DNA of 64,000 nt from Planctomycetota bacterium. Its GTDB lineage: Bacteria; Planctomycetota; UBA1135; UBA2386. The position numbers were made by a program, and so were the translations under genes. The stretch is from the NCBI GenBank assembly GCA_965228735.1, contig OZ245838.1, positions 1,664,001 through 1,728,000 of the forward strand, read 5' to 3'. Numbering within the stretch: position 1 is the first letter of the stretch; each line of letters begins with the position of its first letter. This document shows, one piece after another, positions 36,457-46,085 of the stretch. The notes beneath the pieces were generated by a model. That model did no database searches. It had not been told where the DNA came from and worked only from the letters and a program-made list of their open reading frames with translations.

Positions 36457-37316
36457 CACGTCACCGTCATCCCGCCGTTCACGGCGATGTCCTGTCCCGT
36501 CACGAACGCGCCGGCCTCGCTGCCGAGCCACACGACCGCCCCGCCGAGGTCGGCGGGCACGCCCCAACGCTGCAGCGGGATCAGCGCCTTGTACTCGTTC
36601 TTCATCGCGATCGGATCCTTGTCGTGGCGTTCGACCGGAATCCAGCCCGGCGAGATGATGTTCACCGTGATCTGCCACGGCGCGAGCTCGTTGGCCATGC
36701 TGCGCGTCCAGCCGGCCTGCGCGCCCTTGGCCGCGACGTAGGCCGAGAAGTTCGGCACCCCGCGGCGGAACACCTCGCTGCCGATGTTGATGATGCGCCC
36801 GAAGCGCCGCCGCTTCATGCCGGGCATCACCGCGCGCGTGAGCAGGTAGGGCGACTTCACGAAGAAGTCGAGCATGCTCTGGTAGAAGTCCCAGTCGTAG
36901 CGATCGATCGGCTTCTGCGGCTGATCGGGCGTCGCGTTGAGCACGAGGATGTCGATCTTGCCGAGCTTCTTCTCGACGCTCGCGACGAGGCGTTCGACCT
37001 GTCGCGGGCTCGTAACATCGGCGCGGAACATGTCGCCCTCGAAGCCGCGCGCACGGAAGTCCGCGAGCGCGTCCTCCGCCGTCGCCTTGCTGTTGGCGTA
37101 GTTCATCGCGACCTGCGCACCGGCCTCGCCGAGCGCGAGCGCCATCGCGCGCCCGAGCCCCTTGCTGCTGCCCGTGACGAGCGCGGTGCGGCCGGCGAGC
37201 GAGAACGAACGCGGCTCGCAGTCGAGCGCCGTTTTCGACCGCGTCTTGGACGGGGCCTTGCGACCGGCGGCGCGGCGCGCGGGAGACTTCTTCTTCTTGC
37301 TGTTCGAGCGAGTCAT
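36456..37316 (-). CDS. SDR-family oxidoreductase with basic N-terminal extension
   Basis: TGSSKGLG, YVAAK, ISPGWI. Confidence 0.9.
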   Translation of the reverse strand: MTRSNSKKKKSPARRAAGRKAPSKTRSKTALDCEPRSFSLAGRTALVTGSSKGLGRAMALALGEAGAQVAMNYANSKATAEDALADFRARGFEGDMFRADVTSPRQVERLVASVEKKLGKIDILVLNATPDQPQKPIDRYDWDFYQSMLDFFVKSPYLLTRAVMPGMKRRRFGRIINIGSEVFRRGVPNFSAYVAAKGAQAGWTRSMANELAPWQITVNIISPGWIPVERHDKDPIAMKNEYKALIPLQRWGVPADLGGAVVWLGSEAGAFVTGQDIAVNGGMTVT

Positions 37317-37384
37317 GCGATCCGCGGAAGCTACCCGGTTGCCGCGTCCTGGGCGAACATCTACAACGTCCCGTCGTCGCAACC

Positions 37385-40027
37385 ATGCTCCCCCTGCGCC
37401 ACGTAGTCGTGATTCTCGCCGCCGCCGCGCTGGTGGCCGGCCGCGCCGCGCCGGCGCAGGAGTTCGACCTCGAGGCCCGGCGCGCCGAGCACTGGGCGTG
37501 GCGCGCCCTGGCCACCCCGACGCCGCCCGGCGATGTCGGAACGGACCCGGCGGCGGTGATCGACGCGTTCGTCCGCGATCGCCTCCAGCAGGAGGGTCTG
37601 ACCCCCTCGCCGGCCGCCGCACCGCACACCGCGTTGCGCCGGCTGTGGCTCGACCTGATCGGCCTGCCGCCGGATCCCGAGACCGTCGCCGCGTTCCTCG
37701 CCGACCCGAGCGACGCCGCGTGGGATGCGCAGGTCGATGCACTGCTCGCCTCGCCGCACTTCGGCGAACGCTGGGGCCGCCACTGGCTCGACCTCGTGCG
37801 CTACGCCGAGACGCTCGGGCACGAGTACGACTTCCCGATCGCGAACGCGTGGCGCTACCGCGACTACGTGATCCGCGCGCTCAACGCGGACGTCCCGTAC
37901 GACGACTTCTTGCGTGAGCACGTCGCCGGCGACCTGCTCGCGCATCCGCGCCGCAACGCGAACGGTGAGAACGAGAGCGTGCAGGCGACCGCCGCGTGGT
38001 GGTTCGTCGAGCAGACGCACTCGCCGGTCGACGCGGCGAAGCACACGGCCGATCGCATCGACAATCAGATCGACGTGCTCGGCAAGGCGATGCTCGGCAT
38101 GACGGTCGCGTGCGCACGCTGCCACGACCACAAGTTCGACGCGATCTCGCAGGCCGACTACTACGCGCTGTTCGGCTTCGTGAAGAGCTCGCGCCACGTG
38201 CAGGCGCCGATCGCGCCGGCGGACCGTCACGGCGCTGCGTTCGACGACGTGCGCCGCGCGCAGCGCGATCTCGCCGCCACCTGGGCCGACGCCGCGGCGC
38301 CGGTCGGAGCGCGTTGGGACACCCTCGCACGCACCGAGCCCGACCGCTGGGCCGCGGCGAGCGGCACGGCGGCCCTGCGCGCGGGCGATCGGCTGATCGC
38401 GTCCGCCGACGATCCCGAAGGCGCGTGGCTCTGCACCAACGATGCGTTCGGCCCGGCCCCGTGGCGCGGCCCCTGGTGCCCCGAGCCGGCCAGCGACACG
38501 GCCGAACTGCACCTGCTGCCCGGCGCGTTCTGGCACAGCGGCATCGCGGGCAAGCGGCGCGAGGGCACGCTGCAGACCGCGACGTTCACGCTCGCGGAGC
38601 CGTACCTGCACGTGCGCGTCGCCGGCGAGTCGAGCCGCGTGCTCGTGATCGTCGACGGCTTCCACGTCGTCCGCAATCCGATCTACGGCGGGCTGAGTAA
38701 GCGGGTCGGCAGCGCCGACGCGCACTGGCTCACGTTCCACGTCGACGCCTGGGAAGGGCGCCCGGCCTACGTGCAGTTCATCGACCAGGTCGCGCACGAC
38801 CTCGGCGACGCCCACCATGGCCGCGAGATCAACTGGCCCGACGACGGCTGGCTCGCGGTGCAGTCGGTCATCGCGTCGACCGATCGCAGTCCGCCGGAGA
38901 CCGCCGACGGACTCGCACTGCCCTACCGGCCGTGGGAACACGAGCCCGCCGCCGTGACGGCGGCCCGCGCGGCGCTGGCTGCCGCGCAGGCGGCCCTGCC
39001 CGCCCCGTCCGCGACCCTGCCCGCTCTGTCGGACGGCACGGGCGTGGACGAACACCTGTTCATCCGCGGCGACCACAAGACGCCCGGCGAACTGCAGCCG
39101 CGCCGCTTCCTGACCGCGCTCGCCGGCGACGAGGCCATGCCGATCCGAGCCGGCAGCGGGCGCCTGCAGCTCGCGGACGCGATCCTCGCGCCGGACAACC
39201 CGCTGCCGCAGCGCACGCTCGTGAACCGGTTGTGGCACCACCTGTTCGGCCGCGGCCTGTCGCGCAGCGTCGACAACCTCGGCGTGCTCGGCGACCCGCC
39301 GACGCATCCGGAACTGCTCGACTGGCTGGCGCACGACTTCGTGCAGCACGGCTGGTCCATCAAGCACACGCTGCGCGGGATCGTCCGGTCGCGCACCTAC
39401 CGCCAGAGCAGTCGCACGACCGTGCGCGGCCAGAGCAAGGATCCTGCCAACCTGCTGCTGCACCGGCAGAACGTGCGCCGCCTCGAGGCCGAGGCCGTGC
39501 GCGACACGCTGCTTGCCGTGAGCGGCAGCCTCGATCCGCAGCTCTACGGCGCGAGCATCCCGATCCCGCACGAGGAGATCACCAACGCGCGCGGCAAGCC
39601 GCGCAAGTCGGGTCCGATCGACGGTCACGGCCGCCGCAGCATCTACCTCGCGATCCGGCGCAACTTCATGCCGCCGATGCTCGGCGCGTTCGACCTGCCG
39701 ACGCCGTTCGCGACCGTCGGCCGCCGGTCCGTGTCCAACGTGCCGGCCCAGGCGCTGACCCTGCTCAACGATCCGTTCGTGCACGAGATGTGCGGCCGTT
39801 GGGCCGAGCGTCTGCTCGCAGAGACCGCGACCGACCCGACCGAGCGCATCGCGGCGGCCTGGCAGGCCGCGTTCGGTCGTGCGCCCCGCGGCTCGGAGGT
39901 GGAGCACTGCGTCGACTTCCTGCGTTCGGCGGCCGCCGAGCACTCGGCGAACGTGGGCGACAGGCAGCCGTGGACCGACCTGCTGCACTGCCTGGTCAAC
40001 GCCAAGGAGTTCACGTACCGCCGATGA
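37385..40027 (+). CDS. planctomycete DUF1549/DUF1553 (PSCyt2/PSD1) protein
   Basis: LASPHFGERWGRHWLD, AWRYRDYV, CARCHDHKFD, PPTHPELLDWLA, RRLEAE, QALTLLN. Confidence 0.93.
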   Translation: MLPLRHVVVILAAAALVAGRAAPAQEFDLEARRAEHWAWRALATPTPPGDVGTDPAAVIDAFVRDRLQQEGLTPSPAAAPHTALRRLWLDLIGLPPDPETVAAFLADPSDAAWDAQVDALLASPHFGERWGRHWLDLVRYAETLGHEYDFPIANAWRYRDYVIRALNADVPYDDFLREHVAGDLLAHPRRNANGENESVQATAAWWFVEQTHSPVDAAKHTADRIDNQIDVLGKAMLGMTVACARCHDHKFDAISQADYYALFGFVKSSRHVQAPIAPADRHGAAFDDVRRAQRDLAATWADAAAPVGARWDTLARTEPDRWAAASGTAALRAGDRLIASADDPEGAWLCTNDAFGPAPWRGPWCPEPASDTAELHLLPGAFWHSGIAGKRREGTLQTATFTLAEPYLHVRVAGESSRVLVIVDGFHVVRNPIYGGLSKRVGSADAHWLTFHVDAWEGRPAYVQFIDQVAHDLGDAHHGREINWPDDGWLAVQSVIASTDRSPPETADGLALPYRPWEHEPAAVTAARAALAAAQAALPAPSATLPALSDGTGVDEHLFIRGDHKTPGELQPRRFLTALAGDEAMPIRAGSGRLQLADAILAPDNPLPQRTLVNRLWHHLFGRGLSRSVDNLGVLGDPPTHPELLDWLAHDFVQHGWSIKHTLRGIVRSRTYRQSSRTTVRGQSKDPANLLLHRQNVRRLEAEAVRDTLLAVSGSLDPQLYGASIPIPHEEITNARGKPRKSGPIDGHGRRSIYLAIRRNFMPPMLGAFDLPTPFATVGRRSVSNVPAQALTLLNDPFVHEMCGRWAERLLAETATDPTERIAAAWQAAFGRAPRGSEVEHCVDFLRSAAAEHSANVGDRQPWTDLLHCLVNAKEFTYRR

Positions 40028-41472
40028 GCAGCCACCATGACCTCATCGCGGGCGGGATGTCGCGCCGCGCCATGCTGGCCCGCGCGGCGAACGGCTTCGC
40101 CATGCTGCCGCTCGCGAGCCTGCTCGACGCGAGCGCGCGGAGCGACCGCCGACCGATGACTCCCCGCGATCCGACCGATTTGGCCGATCCGACGGGGCGA
40201 CCGCACCACGCGCCGCGCGCCCGGTCCGTGATCTTCCTGTACATGGACGGCGGGCCGAGCACGGTCGACATGTTCGACTACAAGCCACGCCTCGCCGCCG
40301 AGGACGGTAAGCCATTCGCGCTGCCGATGGAGCCCACGCAGTTCCAGAACAACGGCAACACCTACGGACCGCGTTGGGACTTCCGCCAGCGCGGCGAGAG
40401 CGGCCAGTGGATCAGCGACGTGCTGCCCTACCTGAGCCAGCAGGCCGACAAGCTCTGCGTCGTGCGCTCGATGGTCGCGGACTTCTCCGAGCACACCAAC
40501 GCCAACTACTTCCTGCACACGGGCCACGGCCTGCAGGGTCGGCCGTCGATGGGCGCCTGGGTCGGCTACGGCCTCGGCAGCGACAACGACAACCTGCCGT
40601 CGTTCGTCGTGCTCAACGGCGGGCTCGTGCCGCCGGGCGGTCAGGACTGCTTCCACTCGGGCTTCCTGCCGCCGGCGACCCAGGGCTCGCTGTTCCGGAT
40701 GAAGGGGCAGCCGCTCGCCAACATCCGCTCGCGCGAGCCGAGCACGGCGTTGCAGCGGCGGAAGGTCGACCTCGTGCAGGCGCTCGACCGCGAGGCGCTG
40801 ACCGCGGACGGCAGCTGCGACGCGCTCGAGGCCGCGATCCGCAACCACGAGCTCGCGTTCGCCATGCAGCGCGAGGTGCCCGAGCTCGTCGACATCGAGG
40901 GCGAGAGCCCCGCCGTGCGCGCGATGTACGGGCTCGACGACGAGTACGAACACACCCGCACCTACGGCCGCCAATGCCTGCTCGCGCGGCGCCTCGTCGA
41001 ACGCGGCGTGCGCTTCATCGAGCTGACGTGCCCCAACACCGGGCATGACCGCTGGGACCAGCACAACAACCTCGAACGCGGGCTGCAGGACAACTGCCGC
41101 GCCGTCGACCGCCCGGTCGCCGCGCTGCTCAGCGACCTCGAGGCCCGCGGCCTGCTCGACGAGACGATCGTGCTGTTCGGCGGCGAGTTCGGCCGCACGC
41201 CGTTCGCCCAGGGCTCGCGCGGCCGCGACCACAACCCGTTCGGCTACACGATGTGGCTCGCGGGCGGCGGCTTCCGCCCCGGCACGTCCCACGGCGCGAC
41301 CGACGAGTACGGCTACAAAGCCGTCGAGAACCCGGTCACCGTGCACGACCTGCACGCGACGATCCTGCACCAGCTCGGCATCGACCACGAGCGGTTGACG
41401 TATCGCTTCGGCGGCCGCGATCTGCGGCTCACCGACGTCTACGGCAACGTGCTGCGGCCGCTGCTGGCATAG
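40024..41472 (+). CDS. DUF1501 family protein (Tat-type signal)
   Basis: SRRAML, IFLYMDGGPS..DMFDYKP, CLLARRLVERGVRF, GEFGRTP, GRDHNP. Confidence 0.93.
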   Translation: MSSHHDLIAGGMSRRAMLARAANGFAMLPLASLLDASARSDRRPMTPRDPTDLADPTGRPHHAPRARSVIFLYMDGGPSTVDMFDYKPRLAAEDGKPFALPMEPTQFQNNGNTYGPRWDFRQRGESGQWISDVLPYLSQQADKLCVVRSMVADFSEHTNANYFLHTGHGLQGRPSMGAWVGYGLGSDNDNLPSFVVLNGGLVPPGGQDCFHSGFLPPATQGSLFRMKGQPLANIRSREPSTALQRRKVDLVQALDREALTADGSCDALEAAIRNHELAFAMQREVPELVDIEGESPAVRAMYGLDDEYEHTRTYGRQCLLARRLVERGVRFIELTCPNTGHDRWDQHNNLERGLQDNCRAVDRPVAALLSDLEARGLLDETIVLFGGEFGRTPFAQGSRGRDHNPFGYTMWLAGGGFRPGTSHGATDEYGYKAVENPVTVHDLHATILHQLGIDHERLTYRFGGRDLRLTDVYGNVLRPLLA

Positions 41473-41499
41473 CACGGCGCGAGTCGACCGCGCAGCTGC

Positions 41500-42216
41500 T
41501 CAGTCGTCGCTGCTCGCGCCGAGGATCTGGAACACGAAGTAGAGCAGCGTCAACAAGGACGACGCCGCCGCCGCAACGTAGGTCATCGCCGCGGCATCGA
41601 GCACCTGCTTCGCGCCGTCCAGTTCGTCCGTCGCCAGGATCCCGCCGCGATCCAAGGTCGCCAGCGCGCGCTTGCTCGCGTCGAACTCGACGGGCAGCGT
41701 CACGAGCGTGAACACGGTGGTGCCCGCGAACAGCAGGACCCCGATCCACGCGAGCATCGGCATCCCCATGTACGCGAGCGGCAGGCCGACTATCGCGAGC
41801 AGCACACCCAGGTTGGACCCGAGCCCGGCGATCGGCACCCACGCCGACCGGAACTGCAGCGGCCCGTAGCGCTGGGCGTGCTGGATCGCGTGCCCGACCT
41901 CGTGGGCCGCCACGCCGACCGCTGCGATGCTCGTCTGGTGGTAGACCGGCTCCGAGAGCCGCAGCGTCTTGGTCGACGGGTCGTAGTGATCGGTCAGGTC
42001 GCCCGCGACCGGTTCGACGGTCACGTCATGGATCCCGTGCGCGTGCAGGATCGCATTCGCGACCTGCGCGCCGGACACGCGCGAGCGCGCGCCGACCTGC
42101 GACCACTTGCGAAACGCTGACTTGACGCGACTGCTGGCCCACAGGCTCAGCAGCACGCCGATCCCACCGATCAACCAGTATCCGAGTGGTAGAAACACAA
42201 CCGTGAAATAGAACAC
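41500..42216 (-). CDS. putative neutral zinc metallopeptidase (YugP-like)
   Basis: LTDHYDP, AAHEVGHAIQH, TLPVEFDAS, AAMTYVAA. Start uncertain (42216 or 42198). Confidence 0.9.
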   Translation of the reverse strand: MFYFTVVFLPLGYWLIGGIGVLLSLWASSRVKSAFRKWSQVGARSRVSGAQVANAILHAHGIHDVTVEPVAGDLTDHYDPSTKTLRLSEPVYHQTSIAAVGVAAHEVGHAIQHAQRYGPLQFRSAWVPIAGLGSNLGVLLAIVGLPLAYMGMPMLAWIGVLLFAGTTVFTLVTLPVEFDASKRALATLDRGGILATDELDGAKQVLDAAAMTYVAAAASSLLTLLYFVFQILGASSDD

Positions 42217-42364
42217 CCGGGCCGGGACACAAGCGCGGCACCGACCGGCGGGCCGCACCGGGCCCGAGGGTGCCGAGGAGTTCTGCCGGACCCGCGTTTT
42301 TCCGACGCCATCGCGTCGCCACCCCTGGTCCGACCCGCTCCGTTGACGGACAATCCCGGTCCCC

Positions 42365-43495
42365 ATGCTCGCCATCACTCTGCTGCTGAGCCTCGCGCCG
42401 CAAGGCGAGCTCCCGGCCACCGCGGACCCGCAGCCGAAGAAGCAGGACGCGAGCTGGTGCTCACCCGAACGCGCGGCGCGCTGCGCGAAGGCCGCCGAAC
42501 GCGGGCTGCGCTGGCTGCGCGATCAGCAGCAGGACTCGGGCTCGTGGGTCGGCATCGTCGGCCACAAGATGTCGAACGACTACGTCGAGCTCGACAGCGG
42601 ACTGCCGGTCGGCGGGCAGCGCCGCTCCGGTCACGGCCACCTCGGGGTGACGGCGATCGCGGGCATGGCCTTCCTCGCGGGCGGCCACCTGCCGGGCCGC
42701 GGCGAGTTCGGCACGGCGGTCACCAAGGCCAACGACTACATCGTGCGCAGCACCGCGGACAGCGGCCTGCTGACGGCGTCCGGCACCCGGATGTACAGCC
42801 ACGCGTTCGCCACGCTGTTCCTCGCCGAGATCCACGGCATGACGTCCGAACGGGGCCGCAAGTCGGCGCTCGAGCGCGCGGTCCACCTGATCGTCGACAC
42901 CCAGAACCAGGTCGGCGGCTGGCGCTACAACCCGTTCGACCGCGCGACGGATCTCTCCGTCACGGTCTGCCAGCTGCAGGCGCTGCGCGCGGCGCGCAAC
43001 ATCGGCATCCATGTGCCGAGCGGCACGATCGATCGCGCGATGGCCTACGTGAAGAAGAGCCGGGTCACGTCGCGCGGCTACGACCAGGGGCTGTACTACT
43101 ACAAGATCTACGGCGACGGCGCCTACCGCAAGTCGGGCCAGTACGCGATCAACGCCGCTGCGCTCACCGCACTCGCGAGCGCCGGCGTCTACAACGACAA
43201 CCTCACCGACCCGGTCCTCACGTTCCTCGAGTCCGAATACGGCAACCTCGCCGACTACTGCCCCGAGCACTTCTACTACTGGTACGGCAACTACTACGCC
43301 GCGCAGGCATTCTTCCAGTTCGGCGGGCCGCGCTGCCGCGCGTTCTACCAGAGCCTGAGCGACGACCTGCTCCGTAGGCAGCGTGCCGACGGCAGTTGGC
43401 GCAACAGCGTCGGCCCCGGTGATGAGTTTTCCACAGCCGTGGCGTGCCTGCTGCTGCAGATGCCTCAGCAGTATCTCCCGATCTTCCAACGCTGA
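42365..43495 (+). CDS. prenyltransferase/squalene-hopene-cyclase-like repeat protein
   Basis: QW-like repeats (QQQDSGSW, QNQVGGWRY, QRADGSW), MYSHAFATL, DLSVT. Confidence 0.85.
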   Translation: MLAITLLLSLAPQGELPATADPQPKKQDASWCSPERAARCAKAAERGLRWLRDQQQDSGSWVGIVGHKMSNDYVELDSGLPVGGQRRSGHGHLGVTAIAGMAFLAGGHLPGRGEFGTAVTKANDYIVRSTADSGLLTASGTRMYSHAFATLFLAEIHGMTSERGRKSALERAVHLIVDTQNQVGGWRYNPFDRATDLSVTVCQLQALRAARNIGIHVPSGTIDRAMAYVKKSRVTSRGYDQGLYYYKIYGDGAYRKSGQYAINAAALTALASAGVYNDNLTDPVLTFLESEYGNLADYCPEHFYYWYGNYYAAQAFFQFGGPRCRAFYQSLSDDLLRRQRADGSWRNSVGPGDEFSTAVACLLLQMPQQYLPIFQR

Positions 43496-43762
43496 ACGGC
43501 GCGTAGGGCCGAGTGTTCCCCGGGCCGCGGCGCGGCTGGTGCGCCCTTTGCGCTTGAATCCAGCGCCAGAGCCGTCAGGATCGGGGTTCCGCCGATCTAC
43601 GGTCAGATCGGCGTCGGTCAGAAACGGTCGGATTTCGTCGGGTGTGGTGCTCGGCGATCTGCGACCACCCACGGTCTGCCAGGTCAGCGGCCACCGCGTT
43701 CAGGATCTGTTCCCGTGCGCGTCGGTCGCATTCGGTCATTCGCCAATCGGTCATAGGGAGCT

Positions 43763-44923
43763 ATGCGCCACCAATCCGCACGCGTCGTGTTCGCGGCGTG
43801 CCTGCTTTCGGCTTTCGCCGCAGCTCAGGCACCGCATTCGTCCAGCAACTTCGAATACCTGAAGGACCCGCTCGGTCTGGACGCGTTCGGTGTCGGCAAC
43901 CCAACGGGTGGGACCACCGCGAGCCCGGGCTCGAGTGGCAGTCCCCGGTTCCACACGGGTCTGTTCAACACGACCTTGAGCGCGCCGGGTCGCCGCGCGC
44001 TCGAAGCCGCGGCGCAAGAACCCGACTACTCGATGCGCGGCATGTTCCAGCAGGCGCACGGTGCCTTCATGGCGGGCCGCAACCGCTACGAGCCGATGAT
44101 GTCGGTCGGGGTCTCGCTGTTCCCGAACGCGCGCGTGAACGGCGAGCCCGGCTCGTTCGACCTGATCGTGCCGACGTTCGACGCCGATCTGCCGATCGTC
44201 GTGTCGCCCGAGGGCTACATCATGCTCGGTGCATACTACGAGTCGCGGCACTACATCTTCACCTCGAGCACGGGGCTCGCGGACGAGACGCTGTATCGCA
44301 CGGGCGCGAAGCTCGGGTTCGGCACGTTCCTCGGCCAGGACACGCTGCTCGAGGTCGAGTTCCAGCCCGGCCTGTTCAGCGACGCCGACTCGACGCTGCA
44401 CACGGAGGACTGGGATGCGCCGTCGTTCGCGCTGCTGACCCACCGCCTCGCCGACGGCATCTACGGCAAGATCGGCGTGCGCTACAACGAGATCTACGCG
44501 GACGCCAACGTGCTGCCCTACATCGGCATCAGCTGGGACATCACCGGCTCGATGGCGATGGGTGAATACGCGCCCGAGGACAGCTGGCGCCTCGACGTCA
44601 TGTTCCCCGAGTACGCGGAGCTGTCCTACTGGCCGACGCCCGACACCGGCTTCTCGCTCGGTGCGCTCGTGCAAGGTGCCGAATACCACGTTCGCAGCTC
44701 GACCGCGACGGGCCGCCAGCGCGACGATCTGCGCGTGCAGGAGGTCCTGGCCTACCTCGGCTTCGTGCACCGCTTCAGCGACAACTTCTCGTTCGGTCTG
44801 CGGAGCGGCGTGACGCTCGCGGGTGACTACGAGCTCACGAACGGGCAGGGCACGTTCATGCCGGTCGACGGCGCGCTCGACCAGACGTTCTTCGCGCACG
44901 CGTCGATCGGCATCGACTGGTAG
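43763..44923 (+). CDS. putative outer-membrane beta-barrel protein
   Basis: GGGAG RBS, signal peptide, alternating aromatic beta strands, terminal Trp (ASIGIDW). Confidence 0.75.
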   Translation: MRHQSARVVFAACLLSAFAAAQAPHSSSNFEYLKDPLGLDAFGVGNPTGGTTASPGSSGSPRFHTGLFNTTLSAPGRRALEAAAQEPDYSMRGMFQQAHGAFMAGRNRYEPMMSVGVSLFPNARVNGEPGSFDLIVPTFDADLPIVVSPEGYIMLGAYYESRHYIFTSSTGLADETLYRTGAKLGFGTFLGQDTLLEVEFQPGLFSDADSTLHTEDWDAPSFALLTHRLADGIYGKIGVRYNEIYADANVLPYIGISWDITGSMAMGEYAPEDSWRLDVMFPEYAELSYWPTPDTGFSLGALVQGAEYHVRSSTATGRQRDDLRVQEVLAYLGFVHRFSDNFSFGLRSGVTLAGDYELTNGQGTFMPVDGALDQTFFAHASIGIDW

Positions 44924-44960
44924 GCGCGACTGACTGGCCGCGATTGGCCGGCCGCGACGA

Positions 44961-46085
44961 TCAACGCGTGGCCGTTCCGGCCCGGTCCGCGACGCGCGTG
45001 TAGAGCTCACCGAAGCGGTCGAGGCAGCAGACCGCCTCGTAGCGTTCGGTGACCCGCGCACGATTGGCCGCGCCGAGCCGGGCTCGCAGGGCCGCGTCGT
45101 CGAGCACCGCCGCGAGCGCACCGCCGAGTGCCAGATGATCCTCGCGCGGCACGACGAACGGCGTCTGCGCCGCGGGCAGGATGCGCGCGATGTCGCCGAC
45201 GTCGGTCGCGACCACGGCGCAGCCCGTCGCCATCGCTTCGAGCAGCGAGATCGGCATCTGCTCGGTCCGGGACGAGAGCACGAACACGTCCATCTGCCGG
45301 TACTCGGGCGCCGTGTCGGCGACCGCGCCCACGAAGTCGATCCGGTCACCGATCCCGAGCTCTGCGGCCAGCGCCGTCAGGGCGGGCCGCAATGGCCCGT
45401 CGCCGACGAGCCGCAACCGCGGCGCAGCAACGCCCTGCTTGCCGCCCGTCGCCAGCGCGAACGCGTGCAGCAGGTTGTCGTGGTCCTTCTCGCCGCGCAA
45501 ACCGCCCACGCTGCCGACGACGAGCTGCGCGTCATGGCGTTCCTCGACGCCGCCCGCGACCGGCGCGAAGCGCTGCAGGTCGACGCCGTTCGGCAGCAGG
45601 TGCAGATCGGCGCTGCGCACCCCCCATTCGCGCCGCGCGATGCCTTCGAGCACGGCCGACGGCACGATGACCGGAGTCGAACGGAGCAGCAACCGCCGCA
45701 GCCAGTTGCGCCGCCGAAAGCGCCGCGCCACCTCCTCGGGCCCGAAGCCGTCCTCGTGGTGCACGTGCGGCGAGCCGAGAGCCCGCGCCGCGGCGACGGT
45801 CTCGATCGCGCCCCAGTTGTAGGTCAGCACGAGGTCGGGCGAGAGCTCGCGCAGCCAGTCACGCAACCACGCGCGCGTCGCGAAGAACCCACCCGGCGGA
45901 GGCGGCTCGGCGACCCCGAACTCGACGCTCGAATCGAGCTGCGCGCGCGCCTCGGTGCGCCCGTCCATCGCCATCACGACGTGCCGGAACGCGGGCCCGA
46001 GGTGCCGCATGAGCTGCACGGCGCGGACCTGCGGTCCGCCGGGCGCGAACGTCGCGAACACGTGCGCGATCGTGCGCGCGGTCAT
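44961..46085 (-). CDS. glycosyltransferase family 4
   Basis: PNGVDL, FVLSSRTEQMPISLLEAMATG, TDVGD. Confidence 0.9.
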   Translation of the reverse strand: MTARTIAHVFATFAPGGPQVRAVQLMRHLGPAFRHVVMAMDGRTEARAQLDSSVEFGVAEPPPPGGFFATRAWLRDWLRELSPDLVLTYNWGAIETVAAARALGSPHVHHEDGFGPEEVARRFRRRNWLRRLLLRSTPVIVPSAVLEGIARREWGVRSADLHLLPNGVDLQRFAPVAGGVEERHDAQLVVGSVGGLRGEKDHDNLLHAFALATGGKQGVAAPRLRLVGDGPLRPALTALAAELGIGDRIDFVGAVADTAPEYRQMDVFVLSSRTEQMPISLLEAMATGCAVVATDVGDIARILPAAQTPFVVPREDHLALGGALAAVLDDAALRARLGAANRARVTERYEAVCCLDRFGELYTRVADRAGTATR

